In this document: positions 17,272-27,020 of the stretch, one piece after another
How the letters are laid out: every line of letters begins with the position of its first letter
How positions within the stretch are numbered: the first letter of the stretch is position 1
NCBI GenBank assembly: GCA_038823825.1
Contig: JAWBCC010000003.1
Coordinates: 1-32,000 of the forward strand
Source: Candidatus Hadarchaeales archaeon
GTDB taxonomy: Archaea; Hadarchaeota; Hadarchaeia; Hadarchaeales; Hadarchaeaceae
Direction: 5' to 3'
DNA length: 32,000 nt
Notes under the pieces: generated by a model
Seen by the model: only the letters and a program-made list of their open reading frames with translations
Told to the model about the DNA's origin: nothing
The model's database searches: none
Made by a program: the position numbers and the translations under genes

Positions 17272-17646
17272 CTAAATGTTTGAAGAGGATTCATTGTTGT
17301 CCGAAAACCCCCAAAGACGAGATTCGCAGATGATTTTTCCTCCTCGGAGCATTATCTCCTTTCCACTATCTCCATCATCGAAAATGATCCAAGTAGTCTG
17401 TGGTGTTACCTCGGAAATTTTCTTCAAAGCGTTCATCAGTTTTGCCAGTTCTGCATCGCTTCTCACTCTCGTGAAACCCCAGCGTGCCTCACCTGGCTCC
17501 AAGCCCTCAATGATGTCCGATTTTCTCCAGAGTTTTATCCTGTCCCAGAAACTCTTCTCTTCGTTGTACTCCTCCTTTATTTTCGCGATTCTCTGAATGT
17601 CTTCTTCGTCGAGCGGATCAAGCGACAAATAGTGTATCAACCTCAT
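17272..17646 (-). CDS. Hypothetical protein
   Basis: 124-aa ORF in a non-overlapping position with a natural, non-low-complexity sequence. No family recognised. Confidence 0.55.
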   Translation of the reverse strand: MRLIHYLSLDPLDEEDIQRIAKIKEEYNEEKSFWDRIKLWRKSDIIEGLEPGEARWGFTRVRSDAELAKLMNALKKISEVTPQTTWIIFDDGDSGKEIMLRGGKIICESRLWGFSDNNESSSNI

Positions 17647-17768
17647 TCAGCAGATTTTTGGTTTTAAAGTGGTTTATAAAGCGGAACATCCAACGAAATT
17701 TCTGGTGCGATTCCTTTTCATAAAATGTGTAGGGAAAGATTTTAAAGACAAAAAAAGACATAATCCCG

Positions 17769-17894
17769 ATGAAAAAAGGTGAGAAATACAAATGCCAGAA
17801 GTGCGGTCTGGTTGTCGTTATCGACAGCGCCTGCACGTGTACCGCCTGTGATCTGATCTGCTGCGGATTGCCGCTAAAGCCTGCCAAAAAGTAG
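17769..17894 (+). CDS. 41-aa Cys-rich small protein, desulforedoxin/zinc-ribbon-like
   Basis: ATG at 17769 encodes MKKGEKYKCQKCGLVVVIDSACTCTACDLICCGLPLKPAKK*. It is absent from the supplied track because it is short. CxxC...CC pattern as in desulforedoxin-like metal sites. Confidence 0.65.
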   Translation: MKKGEKYKCQKCGLVVVIDSACTCTACDLICCGLPLKPAKK

Positions 17895-17901
17895 AACTTA
17901 T

Positions 17902-18729
17902 TTGACCCGCAGACAATGGGCTTTTGTGAAGTTTGGAGCTGTCTGCACGGTTAGCGGAGAATTTGCGGAGGTCAGCAACGTCGAGAAAGCCGCTAAGCTC
18001 AGCGAAGATGCAGGTTTAGACTCGTTCCTCGTCTGGGACCATTACATGCTCCCGCACACGAATAGAACGCTCGAGGCCTACACACTTCTTGCCTATCTGG
18101 CCGGAAAGACGGAGAGGATAAAGCTTGGAACCTGCGTGACTCCTCTTCCATTTCGCCACCCAGCAGTTCTCGCAAAAATCGTCTCTACTCTCGACGTCTT
18201 ATCTGGTGGTCGCGTCATAGTTGGAGTCGGAGCTGGCTGGCATAGACCAGAGTTCGAGGGGTACAGCAAGTGGGGAAGCGATGCGGAGAGAGTTGAAAGA
18301 ACGGAAGAAGCCTTGAAGATAATGATAAATCTCTGGACTAGACCAAGCGTAAGTTTTGAGGGAAAATATTACCAAGTCCACGGAGCGGTTCTGGAGCCAA
18401 AACCAATCCAGAAACCGTATCCACCCCTTTGGTTCGGGACTGTTGGAAGGCGGATGTTGAGACTGGCCATCAAATATGGAAGCGGATGGATCCCGATTGA
18501 CATCCCGCCATTGGAATACAGGGAAATCAGAGATTGGCTCGCCGCGCATGTGAGAAGCGGTTTCGTTTTTGCGAACGTCTGCTGGCCATCCTCAAGCAAG
18601 ACGGAGATGAAGGAAAAGGTTGAGATGTTTGCCAAGAGTGGTTGTGATTATTATTTTGAGGTGCTCGAACACCCAGTGGCGGAGAGGCAGATTCGGTGGA
18701 TGACGGAGATTGTCAGGGATTTTAGATAG
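17902..18729 (+). CDS. LLM-class (F420-dependent) oxidoreductase
   Basis: EKAAKLSEDAGLDSFLVWDHYMLP, KTERIKLGTCVTPLPFRHPAVLAKIVSTLDVLSGGRVIVGVGAGW and PKPIQKPYPPLWFG. The true start may be GTG at 17926 (MKFGAVCTVSGE). Confidence 0.85.
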   Translation: MTRRQWAFVKFGAVCTVSGEFAEVSNVEKAAKLSEDAGLDSFLVWDHYMLPHTNRTLEAYTLLAYLAGKTERIKLGTCVTPLPFRHPAVLAKIVSTLDVLSGGRVIVGVGAGWHRPEFEGYSKWGSDAERVERTEEALKIMINLWTRPSVSFEGKYYQVHGAVLEPKPIQKPYPPLWFGTVGRRMLRLAIKYGSGWIPIDIPPLEYREIRDWLAAHVRSGFVFANVCWPSSSKTEMKEKVEMFAKSGCDYYFEVLEHPVAERQIRWMTEIVRDFR

Positions 18730-18777
18730 TATGCACAGAAAAAATACCCACCGATCCCAACGCCATGCTCACTATTA

Positions 18778-18787
18778 CTTATATATT
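18778..18787 (+). promoter_or_regulatory. Putative TATA box for the YwgA-like/PIN pair
   Basis: TTATATATTA about 33-42 nt upstream of the GTG at 18820. Confidence 0.4.
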
Positions 18788-18819
18788 ACTTACCTAACCA
18801 ACAAAATATTGGGATTGAA

Positions 18820-19278
18820 GTGACTCTAAACCATCTTGCTTGGCTCATTAATCTCATCGGAATGTCGCTGGATCAAATAAAATCGGAGTCAGACGAAGGT
18901 TTCGAGCATAGGCTTAAAATTCAAAAGGCGGTCTTTTTGCTGAAACATTTTGGTGTGAAGCCATTTACGTCTTACGATTTCAACCTCTATCTCCATGGAC
19001 CATATTCTCCTAAACTTGCAGAGGATTATTACAACATAAGCGAAACTACGAAACCTGCAGAAGTTAGGTTAGACGATGATAAAAAGAAGCTGCTTTATTG
19101 GTTCATCGATCATGATTGCAGGTGGCTTGAGGTTGCAACAAGCATAATATCACTAAATGAAAGATACGGAAAACTATCGAACGATGAAATCTATTCAATA
19201 CTGAGAGTGTCAAAGTCTTGGTTGGAGAAGGCAGAGTTTGAGAAGATTAAGCGGGAACTGGAAGAACACGGGCTTTAG
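18820..19278 (+). CDS. YwgA/Panacea-like protein, candidate antitoxin or regulator
   Basis: EHRLKIQKAVFLLKHFG...SYDFNLYLHGPYSPKLAEDYY follows the KLQK(L/A)...YLxGPYSxxL pattern of YwgA/DUF4065-related proteins. It sits immediately upstream of a PIN-like gene. Confidence 0.55.
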   Translation: MTLNHLAWLINLIGMSLDQIKSESDEGFEHRLKIQKAVFLLKHFGVKPFTSYDFNLYLHGPYSPKLAEDYYNISETTKPAEVRLDDDKKKLLYWFIDHDCRWLEVATSIISLNERYGKLSNDEIYSILRVSKSWLEKAEFEKIKRELEEHGL

Positions 19279-19296
19279 TTTGATAGAGGAAATTCT

Positions 19297-19797
19297 ATGC
19301 CTGCTTATCATTTGGACACATCTTACCTTTTTCCGCTTTTATTACCGGATATCGAGGGGGATAAAGAAAAAATCCGGATCGCCCAGAAAAATGTCAAAAT
19401 ATTGCAACAGCAGAAAAATGAAGTTAGAGTATCTCAAGTGGCATTGGGAGAATTTTTTTCAGAAGTAATAGAGAAAATCAAGAAAAATATGAGTTTATCG
19501 CTCACCGATATTTGTCAGGAGTTTCTTCAATACGAACTTGAAATATACTGGCTTAAAAAAGAAGGAAACGAAATCGGCAGATTCATAAATTTCGTGAACG
19601 ATTTAAGGTCGAGAAAGGGCAATGGATGGGAAATAGATCCCATGGATTGTATGATAGTGGCATGTAGCATGGCCGACAGAGAAAGTTTCGGGCTGTTGAC
19701 ATTTGATAAAAACTTGATAGAGAGCAGGAGAATAAGTGAAATCGTGAAAAAGCATCCTGACATAAAAAAATTCAAAATCACAGATAACCTGGTTTAA
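19297..19797 (+). CDS. PIN-domain-like protein (candidate ribonuclease toxin)
   Basis: AYHLDTSYLFPLL, VSQVALGEFFSEVI, DPMDCMIVACSMADRESFGLLTFDKNLI show the spaced acidic residues expected of PIN domains. Confidence 0.7.
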   Translation: MPAYHLDTSYLFPLLLPDIEGDKEKIRIAQKNVKILQQQKNEVRVSQVALGEFFSEVIEKIKKNMSLSLTDICQEFLQYELEIYWLKKEGNEIGRFINFVNDLRSRKGNGWEIDPMDCMIVACSMADRESFGLLTFDKNLIESRRISEIVKKHPDIKKFKITDNLV

Positions 19798-19804
19798 TGA
19801 TTTT

Positions 19805-20070
19805 GCCCCTTTGATCATTCTCTCAACCATTTTCTGAATTCTTTTGACGTCTTCGTCTCTGAGGTCGAGAATTTTTCCTATGGCGCAGTCGATCTCATAT
19901 ATCTTAGGTTTGAGCTTTTTTTCGATTTGTTCCTTGGTCGAGCCCGTCGAAAAGTTTGGCTAATGTGTTAAGTTGTTTTTTTGCTTAACTTTCTTACATC
20001 AAGAATTGGCATTTTTCTGGCAACGGTTACTTTCTCATCTTTTTTCACGGTCGGCAGTTGCTGCTCTTCC
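19805..20070 (-). pseudogene. Decayed C-terminal fragment resembling an adenine-specific DNA methyltransferase
   Basis: Minus-strand fragments in two frames: ...VTVARKMPILDVRKLSKKQLNTLAKLFDGLD, then a frame change, then STKEQIEKKLKPKIYEIDCAIGKILDLRDEDVKRIQKMVERMIKGAKS. This resembles the common 'iPdp.kLs.e...L..lfd.l........iDxai..iLgl' C-terminus. No intact ORF. Confidence 0.45.
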
Positions 20071-20092
20071 ACCTAAGTTCGTCGAGGACATG

Positions 20093-20177
20093 CGCCGGGG
20101 GTGGGATTTGAACCCACGAGGCCCAACGGGCCACACGCTCTCAAGGCGTGCGCCTTACCTGGCTTGGCTACCCCGGC
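20093..20177 (-). tRNA. tRNA-Ser(UGA)
   Basis: Reverse complement folds as GCCGGGG-TA-GCC AAGCCAGGTAA GGC-G-CACGC CTTGAGA GCGTG-long variable arm (GGCCC GTT GGGCC)-GTGGG TTCAAAT CCCAC-CCCCGGC-G. The anticodon TGA and long variable arm indicate Ser. Confidence 0.96.
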
Positions 20178-20244
20178 TCATAAAAACATCGCTTAGCTAG
20201 ACAATAAAGGTTAAATGAAAGACAGAGGAAAGGTTCCTACCAAC

Positions 20245-20451
20245 TCATTTCAGAAATCCGAGCTCTTTGAGTTGTTTTATGATAATGTAGAGAACGCACG
20301 TGGTCGTTTTGACGTTTGATTCCCTTGCCAGCTCCTCCAAGATGTTCTTCACGGTGGGCGGAAGATACACCACTAGTTTCTGATTTTTAGGCTCTACAAA
20401 AATGTCCTCAAGCGGAATTGGATTTTTCAATGATTTCTTTTTTAGCTTCAC
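20245..20451 (-). CDS. Small ribbon-helix-helix-like protein, possible regulator/antitoxin
   Basis: KLVVYLPPTVKNILEELARESNVKTTTCVLYIIIKQLKELG has a strand-helix-helix pattern. GTG start, AT-rich upstream region with TTTAAAT. Confidence 0.5.
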   Translation of the reverse strand: MKLKKKSLKNPIPLEDIFVEPKNQKLVVYLPPTVKNILEELARESNVKTTTCVLYIIIKQLKELGFLK

Positions 20452-20533
20452 GAATACTCATCGTTTTCGCAAAATTTAAATACGAAACTGCTCCGCCAAT
20501 GTGCACATTTTTGGCAACGTTTTCGTGACAGAT

Positions 20534-20547
20534 TGTGTATATACACA
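20534..20547. promoter_or_regulatory. Perfect 14-bp palindrome overlapping a TATA-like core
   Basis: TGTGTATATACACA in the divergent region between the RHH-like gene and the beta-propeller gene. Confidence 0.5.
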
Positions 20548-20575
20548 GCAGTCAACAAACCTTAAACCGGTAAAA

Positions 20576-22492
20576 ATGGTCGAGGACTACCGAAAGTGGG
20601 AGAAACGGGTAAGAAATCTAAGCCCTGGAAGACACTTAAGATACACGCTTCTGGCCACAGTCGTCGTTGTTATGATAGTCGCCTTTATCGGCTCATACAG
20701 ATTTCTCCGATCCCCCGTCGTTAAAACAACATTCGGGTTGACCAAATTTTCTTCCGAGTCAGAGTTCCGCAGCTATCTCTTGAGCTCGAGCTGGCTGCTC
20801 AACTATCTCCCCAGAACGTTTACAGCCTCTTTTTCAGTCAGGGATGTCGGACTTGAAGGTGGACTAGCCGCGATACCAGAAAGAATATCGACGACGAACG
20901 TTCAGGTAGCCGGCATAGACGAGCCAGACATAGTGAAAACCGACGGCGTGAACATATATTTCTCACCACCCCCGTTGTTTTACGTCTGGTGGATTCCTGG
21001 TTTCCGCGCAGAGTTCCCAGAATTTCAATACCCGCAGACCCATATCGTCAGAGCTTTCCCCCCTGAAAACATCTCCGTCATATCGAAGATAGACAAAACA
21101 GGAGACATGCTCTTGGTTGACAATGTTCTTGTGATTTTCTCCGGAAGCGAAATCACAGGTTATGACGTGTCCAATCCCGACTCCCCGGTCGAGACCTGGA
21201 GCATTGAGGTTAATGGCTCGATTATCGCGGCAAGGCTTTACCGGGGAGTGATATATCTCGTTACGCAGACTTTTGTTTACCCAGATATCGATTTTCCATT
21301 GACTCTGATCAGATCAGAGAACGAGGCCGTCACCATAGGTGTCTCGGAAATCTATAGACCAGTGGAACGGATTCCAGTAGATGCTCTCTTCACCGCGGCG
21401 ACCTTGGACCCGATGCAGGGCAAGATAACAAATAAGCTTTCCTTCGTCGGTTCTTCTGGGACCTCCATCGTTTATATGTCCCAGAACGCTCTTTACATAA
21501 CTTACACGTACTACCCATCTCCGCTCGAGACGTACCATCGCTTCATCAAGGAAAAGTGTGGTGACATTCTTTCGAGCGACGACATGCTGAGAATAGATAA
21601 GCTGATAGCCTTGGAAATCAGCGAAGAGGCAAAACTTTTCGAGTTGGAAACAATTCTCGAGCCATACCTTAGGGAGATTTCCGCACGAGCGGAGAACTAC
21701 TTCGCAGAAAGGGCGAGAGATCTACAACTCACTGGAATAATCAAAGTGGATCTTGAAAGCTTTGGAATAGTGGCGCAAGGAAGGGTGCCGGGATATCCCC
21801 TCAATCAGTTCTCTCTCGACGAGTTCAACGGATATCTGCGCTTGGCTACGACCATAGAACCATTCATCTGGATGTTTGGCAGCGTGCAGAGTGCGAACGA
21901 CGTCTACATTCTGGATGGGGAACTTAAAGTAGTTGGATCAGTAAAAGATCTCGGTCTGACGGAGAGAATATACTCAGTTAGATTCATCGGAGAGAAAGGA
22001 TATATCGTCACCTTCAGGGAAACGGATCCATTCTACGTCCTAAATCTATCGGATCCAGCAAATCCACGACTTACAGGTGAGCTTAAAATTCCTGGCTATT
22101 CCTCCTACCTTCACCCGATAACGGAAAATCTCATCTTGGGCATCGGAAGGGAAAACTTGAATGTTAAAATCTCCCTCTTCGATGTTTCAGAGTCCTCGCA
22201 ACCAGTCGAGCTTGACAAAACGATTCTTGACGAATACTGGTCGGACGTTCTTGAGACTCACCACGCTTTTCTGCTCGATCCAGACCACAAGGTTTTCTTC
22301 CTCCCCGCAGGACAGAACGGATATGTCTTCTCATACGAAAACGCCAAAATCAGCCAGGTGTTGAAGACAGAAATTTCGGAAATCAGCAGGGCGGTTTATT
22401 TGGATGACTTTCTCTACCTAATAGGTTCGCGCGGCATAGTTGTCTTTGATGAAAACACGTGGCAAAAGGTCAGTGAGGTAGTGTTTGAGTAA
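20576..22492 (+). CDS. Membrane-anchored secreted beta-propeller domain protein
   Basis: N-terminal TM (HLRYTLLATVVVVMIVAFIGSYRFL) and the family motif ISTTNVQVAGIDEPDIVKTDGVNIYFS. Track start is GTG 20501. ATG 20576 (MVEDYRKWEKRV) fits the upstream TATA-like element better. Confidence 0.82.
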   Translation: MVEDYRKWEKRVRNLSPGRHLRYTLLATVVVVMIVAFIGSYRFLRSPVVKTTFGLTKFSSESEFRSYLLSSSWLLNYLPRTFTASFSVRDVGLEGGLAAIPERISTTNVQVAGIDEPDIVKTDGVNIYFSPPPLFYVWWIPGFRAEFPEFQYPQTHIVRAFPPENISVISKIDKTGDMLLVDNVLVIFSGSEITGYDVSNPDSPVETWSIEVNGSIIAARLYRGVIYLVTQTFVYPDIDFPLTLIRSENEAVTIGVSEIYRPVERIPVDALFTAATLDPMQGKITNKLSFVGSSGTSIVYMSQNALYITYTYYPSPLETYHRFIKEKCGDILSSDDMLRIDKLIALEISEEAKLFELETILEPYLREISARAENYFAERARDLQLTGIIKVDLESFGIVAQGRVPGYPLNQFSLDEFNGYLRLATTIEPFIWMFGSVQSANDVYILDGELKVVGSVKDLGLTERIYSVRFIGEKGYIVTFRETDPFYVLNLSDPANPRLTGELKIPGYSSYLHPITENLILGIGRENLNVKISLFDVSESSQPVELDKTILDEYWSDVLETHHAFLLDPDHKVFFLPAGQNGYVFSYENAKISQVLKTEISEISRAVYLDDFLYLIGSRGIVVFDENTWQKVSEVVFE

Positions 22493-22508
22493 CGTCGCTG
22501 TTCACAAG

Positions 22509-22518
22509 GTTTATAAGC
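22509..22518 (+). promoter_or_regulatory. Putative TATA box for carAB
   Basis: GTTTATAAGC about 28-36 nt upstream of the carA start (TTG 22546), consistent with a very short or no leader. Confidence 0.6.
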
Positions 22519-22545
22519 GAAGGCAAGAAAAGGATAGAAAGGGTC

Positions 22546-23682
22546 TTGGTTAAGAAGGCAATTCTGGCACTTGAAGACGGCACAGTAGTCAGAGGATTGG
22601 GTTTTGGAGCCTGCGGAGAGGCAATAGGTGAAATAGTTTTCAACACGGCAATGGTTGGCTACGTTGAGGCTCTCACTGACCCATCCTACAAAGGGCAAAT
22701 TCTGATGATGACGTATCCTCTCATAGGAAACTACGGTTATTCTCCAGAGTGGCACGAGTCGGATTCGATAAAAGCGGAAGGTTTTGTTGTCCGAGAAGCA
22801 TGCAAAACCCCAAGTCATCCGAAATCCATTATGACAATTTCAGAATTCCTCGAAAGGGAAGGAATTCCGGGCATTGAAGGTGTGGACACGAGAGCGCTAA
22901 CCCTGAAAATCCGCGAATACGGAACGATGAAAAGTGCTCTTGCGGTCTTCGAAGAAAAAGACGAACCAGATCCTCAGGAAATCCTAAAGAAGGCTAAGGA
23001 ACAACCGCATATAACGGAGAGGGATCTAGTTCCTCTGGTTAGCCGCAAGGAGAAAACAAGAATAGACGTGGGCGGAGATCTAGAAGTAGTTCTTATCGAC
23101 TGCGGCGTCAAGCAGAGTATAATCAATTCTCTCCTAAAGAGGAAGATAAATTTCACAATAGTCCCCTTCGATACACCGGCAGACGAAATCTTGGAGATGC
23201 GTCCAGACGGTGTCTTTCTTTCGAACGGTCCTGGAGACCCGGCAAGGGTGAAGGAAACGATAGAGACGGTGAAGAAACTTTTGGGCAGCTTACCACTCAT
23301 CGGAATATGTCTAGGTCATCAACTTCTCGCTCTGGCTTGTGGAGCAAAAACTTTCAAACTCAAATTCGGTCACAGGGGAATAAACCAACCAGTAAAAGAT
23401 TTAAAAACCGGAAGAGTTTTCATCAGCTCTCAAAACCACGGTTTCGCAGTTGACGAAAATTCTCTCGATGGAACAGGTCTACGTGTCACCCAACTAAACC
23501 CAAACGATTGGACGGTGGAAGGAATCGAGCACACGGAGATTCCGCTGTTTTCGGTTCAGTATCACCCAGAGGCTTCACCGGGTCCAAACGATACCCTATT
23601 TTTCTTCGATGAGGTAGCTAGGTTCATCAAGAGGTGGAAGGAATGCCAAAGCGTACAGACATCAGGAAAATTCTCGTCATAG
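22546..23682 (+). CDS. carA: Carbamoyl-phosphate synthase small subunit
   Basis: [50 protein letters not shown], GATase motif [11 protein letters not shown] and [10 protein letters not shown]. Confidence 0.97.
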   Translation: MVKKAILALEDGTVVRGLGFGACGEAIGEIVFNTAMVGYVEALTDPSYKGQILMMTYPLIGNYGYSPEWHESDSIKAEGFVVREACKTPSHPKSIMTISEFLEREGIPGIEGVDTRALTLKIREYGTMKSALAVFEEKDEPDPQEILKKAKEQPHITERDLVPLVSRKEKTRIDVGGDLEVVLIDCGVKQSIINSLLKRKINFTIVPFDTPADEILEMRPDGVFLSNGPGDPARVKETIETVKKLLGSLPLIGICLGHQLLALACGAKTFKLKFGHRGINQPVKDLKTGRVFISSQNHGFAVDENSLDGTGLRVTQLNPNDWTVEGIEHTEIPLFSVQYHPEASPGPNDTLFFFDEVARFIKRWKECQSVQTSGKFSS

Positions 23683-26600
23683 GAAGTGGACCAATAGTAA
23701 TCGGTCAAGCTGCAGAATTCGATTATTCCGGTTCGCAGGCTTGTAAAGCTCTCAGAAGCCTAGGCTACGAGGTTGTACTAGTGAACTCGAATCCTGCAAC
23801 TATAATGACGGATCCGGAAATGGCTGACAAAATCTATATTGAGCCTCTCACACCAGAAATCGTTGCGGAGATCATAAAAAGAGAAAAGCCTGATGCTCTT
23901 CTGCCTACTCTTGGTGGCCAAACAGGACTCAATATAGCAGCAGAACTTTGGGAAAGGGGCATTCTACAGCAGGAAGGAGTGGAGCTTATCGGCGCGAAAG
24001 CAGAAGCCATAATGAAAGGCGAAGATAGAGAGCTCTTCAAACGCTCGATGGAAAAAATTGGTCTAAAATGTCCAGACGGTGAAACCGTTAATTCTGTTTC
24101 GCAGGCTCTGAGCGTTGCCAGACGTCTTGGTTATCCGGTTGTCGTGAGGCCAGCCTTCACGCTTGGAGGAACAGGTGGAGGAATAGCTTTTAACGACGAG
24201 GAACTCAGACGGATAGTTTCCAGAGGCTTGGAACTAAGCAGAATTCACCAGGTCATAATTGACGAGGCCCTTCTCGGCTGGAAGGAATACGAGTTTGAGG
24301 TGATGAGGGATCTAGCCGACAACGTCGTTATAGTCTGCTCGATCGAAAACTTTGATCCAATGGGTATACACACGGGAGACTCCATAACGGTTGCTCCAGC
24401 TCAGACTCTTTCAAATAGAGAATATCAGATTCTCAGAGATGCTTCGATTGCTGTCATTCGTGAGATCGGTGTGGAAACTGGAGGCTCAAACATTCAGTTT
24501 GCGGTTCATCCAGAAACCGGAGAATTTAGGGTCATAGAGATAAATCCAAGAGTTTCACGCAGTTCTGCTCTGGCTTCGAAAGCAACCGGATTTCCGATAG
24601 CAAAAATCGCAGCTAAACTGGCGGTCGGTTTAACCCTTGACGAAATCCCAAACGACATAACAAAGAAAACCCCCGCCTGTTTTGAACCCACGATAGACTA
24701 CGTCGTTGTAAAAATCCCCCGCTGGAACTTTGAGAAATTCCCAACTGCAGATGATACTCTCACTACTCAGATGAAGAGCGTCGGCGAGGTTATGGCCATT
24801 GGTAGAACTTTTGAGGAGAGTCTTCAAAAAGCGATAAGATCTCTTGAAATCGGAAGAATGGGAATATGCGCGGATGGCAGAAAGTCCTACACAGACGTAG
24901 ATATGCTCAAGCGTATGCTCCATTACTCGAGACCAAGAGGTGGAAACAACAGGATCTTCATGCTTTATGATGCTCTGAAATTGATGGATGTTGAAGAAGT
25001 CTACAAGCTTACCTACATAGATAAATGGTTCCTGCAGAAGCTGAAGAACATAGCAAAAATGGAGGAGGAGCTGAGCAAAAGAACAATCGAGACAATAGAC
25101 CCGCAGCTGCTAAGAGAAGCGAAAAGACTGGGTTTTTCAGACTATCAAATCGCCTATCTTCTCGGAACCGACGAAATGACGATCCGTAAGCTTAGAAAAA
25201 AATGGGGTATTTTACCTACCTTCAAGTTTGTCGACACTTGCGCAGCAGAATTCGACGCAGAAACGCCTTATTATTATTCAACATACGAAGACGGTGATGA
25301 TTCAAGAGTTAGCAAACGAAAGAAGGTTGTAATTCTCGGTTCCGGCCCGAACAGAATAGGACAGGGAATAGAGTTTGACTATTGTTGTGTCCATGGGGTA
25401 CTGGCTGCTAGGGAGGAAGGATACGAAACGATAATGATTAACTGCAATCCAGAGACGGTCAGCACAGACTATGACACATCAGACAAGCTCTATTTCGAAC
25501 CTTTGACTTTTGAGGACGTGATGAACATAGTAGAAAAGGAACAGCCCATTGGCGTAGTTTTACAGTTTGGTGGGCAGACTCCTCTCAACCTCGCCGTTAA
25601 ACTCGCAAACGCTGGTGTCCCAATTCTTGGCACGTCTTCAGAGAGCATAGACATCGCTGAAGATAGGGAGCGCTGCACACAGCTTCTTAAAAAGCTTGGA
25701 ATTCCACAGGCGCCATATGGTTGCGCAAAGTCTGTCGATGAAGCGGTAAAAATAGCAAATGAAATCGAATATCCCGTCCTTGTGAGACCATCCTATGTTC
25801 TTGGAGGGAGAGCCATGCAGATAGTTCACGATGAGAACGAACTGAGAAAATACTTCGAAGAAGCCGTTCTCGCATCCCCAGAGCATCCAGTTTTGGTAGA
25901 CAAGTTTCTCCAGGATGCGGTAGAGCTTGACATTGATGCCGTTTCGGATGGTGAAGAGGTTTTTATTCCCGAAATAATGGAGCACATCGAGGAAGCGGGC
26001 ATTCACTCTGGAGACAGCGCTTGCACGATTCCACCCAGAACGCTGGATCAAAAAACGATTGAGGTGGTCAGAGAATATGTGACCAAGATAGCTAAAGAAC
26101 TCAAGGTGGTAGGTCTCATCAATGTTCAAATGGCTGTTAAAGATGGGACTGTTTACGTTCTTGAGATAAATCCAAGGGCAAGCAGAACAGTACCGTTCGT
26201 AAGCAAGACCACAGGAATTCCCATGGCAAAAGTAGCTATGAAAGTGATGCTCGGCAAAAAACTTCGTGAGCTAGGAATTTCTGGAAGATTGAAACTAAAT
26301 CATTTTGCTGTCAAGGAATCTGTTTTTCCGTTCCAAAAGTTACCCGGTGTGGATCCGGTTTTAGGTCCCGAAATGAAATCTACCGGTGAAGTGATGGGAA
26401 TAGATGTAAACTGGGGAAGAGCATTCTTTAAAGCCGAGCTCGCCGCAGGAAACGCGCTACCCGCCTCAGGCACGGTTTTCCTAAGCGTGCGAAAAGGTGA
26501 ACAGGAAAAAATAATTCCTGTGGCCAAAAAATTTCAAGAGCTTGGATTTGAAATCGTGGCAACAGAGGGAACTGCAAACGCTTTGCGTGCCGCAGGCATA

Positions 26601-26882
26601 CCAGCAAAAGTTATTTTAAAAGTCTCGCAAGGCTCTCCAAACGTTCTCGATCTCATCAAGAGCAGAAAGGTGGACCTCATAATAAACATCCCGACAGTAG
26701 GAAGAGATCCGGCCAGAGATGGTTATCAAATCCGCAGAGCGGCAATAGATTTCGGGATTCCATACATCACAACGATAGAGGCTGCAACGGCCGCGGTTTT
26801 GGCAATTGAGGACATGAGAAAAGGAAAGATAACAATACAATCTCTCAACGAGTATCATGCAATGTCAAAAATCGTCGCTTGA
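23643..26882 (+). CDS. carB: Carbamoyl-phosphate synthase large subunit
   Basis: [37 protein letters not shown], second ATP-grasp half ([25 protein letters not shown]) and a C-terminal MGS-like domain. Start set to ATG 23643. It overlaps carA by 40 nt. Confidence 0.97.
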   Translation: MPKRTDIRKILVIGSGPIVIGQAAEFDYSGSQACKALRSLGYEVVLVNSNPATIMTDPEMADKIYIEPLTPEIVAEIIKREKPDALLPTLGGQTGLNIAAELWERGILQQEGVELIGAKAEAIMKGEDRELFKRSMEKIGLKCPDGETVNSVSQALSVARRLGYPVVVRPAFTLGGTGGGIAFNDEELRRIVSRGLELSRIHQVIIDEALLGWKEYEFEVMRDLADNVVIVCSIENFDPMGIHTGDSITVAPAQTLSNREYQILRDASIAVIREIGVETGGSNIQFAVHPETGEFRVIEINPRVSRSSALASKATGFPIAKIAAKLAVGLTLDEIPNDITKKTPACFEPTIDYVVVKIPRWNFEKFPTADDTLTTQMKSVGEVMAIGRTFEESLQKAIRSLEIGRMGICADGRKSYTDVDMLKRMLHYSRPRGGNNRIFMLYDALKLMDVEEVYKLTYIDKWFLQKLKNIAKMEEELSKRTIETIDPQLLREAKRLGFSDYQIAYLLGTDEMTIRKLRKKWGILPTFKFVDTCAAEFDAETPYYYSTYEDGDDSRVSKRKKVVILGSGPNRIGQGIEFDYCCVHGVLAAREEGYETIMINCNPETVSTDYDTSDKLYFEPLTFEDVMNIVEKEQPIGVVLQFGGQTPLNLAVKLANAGVPILGTSSESIDIAEDRERCTQLLKKLGIPQAPYGCAKSVDEAVKIANEIEYPVLVRPSYVLGGRAMQIVHDENELRKYFEEAVLASPEHPVLVDKFLQDAVELDIDAVSDGEEVFIPEIMEHIEEAGIHSGDSACTIPPRTLDQKTIEVVREYVTKIAKELKVVGLINVQMAVKDGTVYVLEINPRASRTVPFVSKTTGIPMAKVAMKVMLGKKLRELGISGRLKLNHFAVKESVFPFQKLPGVDPVLGPEMKSTGEVMGIDVNWGRAFFKAELAAGNALPASGTVFLSVRKGEQEKIIPVAKKFQELGFEIVATEGTANALRAAGIPAKVILKVSQGSPNVLDLIKSRKVDLIINIPTVGRDPARDGYQIRRAAIDFGIPYITTIEAATAAVLAIEDMRKGKITIQSLNEYHAMSKIVA

Positions 26883-27020
26883 ACACGTTAAACAGCATAC
26901 TTAATCTACCTGAGCTTGTTGGCGAGCTTTAGTGCAAACATCTGCGTCACTTGCTGAATGAAAACATTCCGGGACCCCCAAACAGAAAGTAGATTATCCG
27001 CAAACTTCTAGGATTTATCG

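Noticed and set aside
19603-19830. 75-aa minus-strand ORF MVERMIKGAKSLNQVICDFEFFYVRM...
   Set aside because: Only its first ~13 residues belong to the decayed methylase-like fragment; the rest is antisense to the PIN gene. Not a real protein.
19973-20200. 75-aa plus-strand ORF crossing the tRNA region
   Set aside because: Contains the translated antisense of tRNA-Ser (RRGWDLNPRGPTGHTLS...), a well-known spurious ORF type.
25638-26129. 163-aa minus-strand ORF inside carB
   Set aside because: Shadow ORF opposite conserved ATP-grasp sequence.
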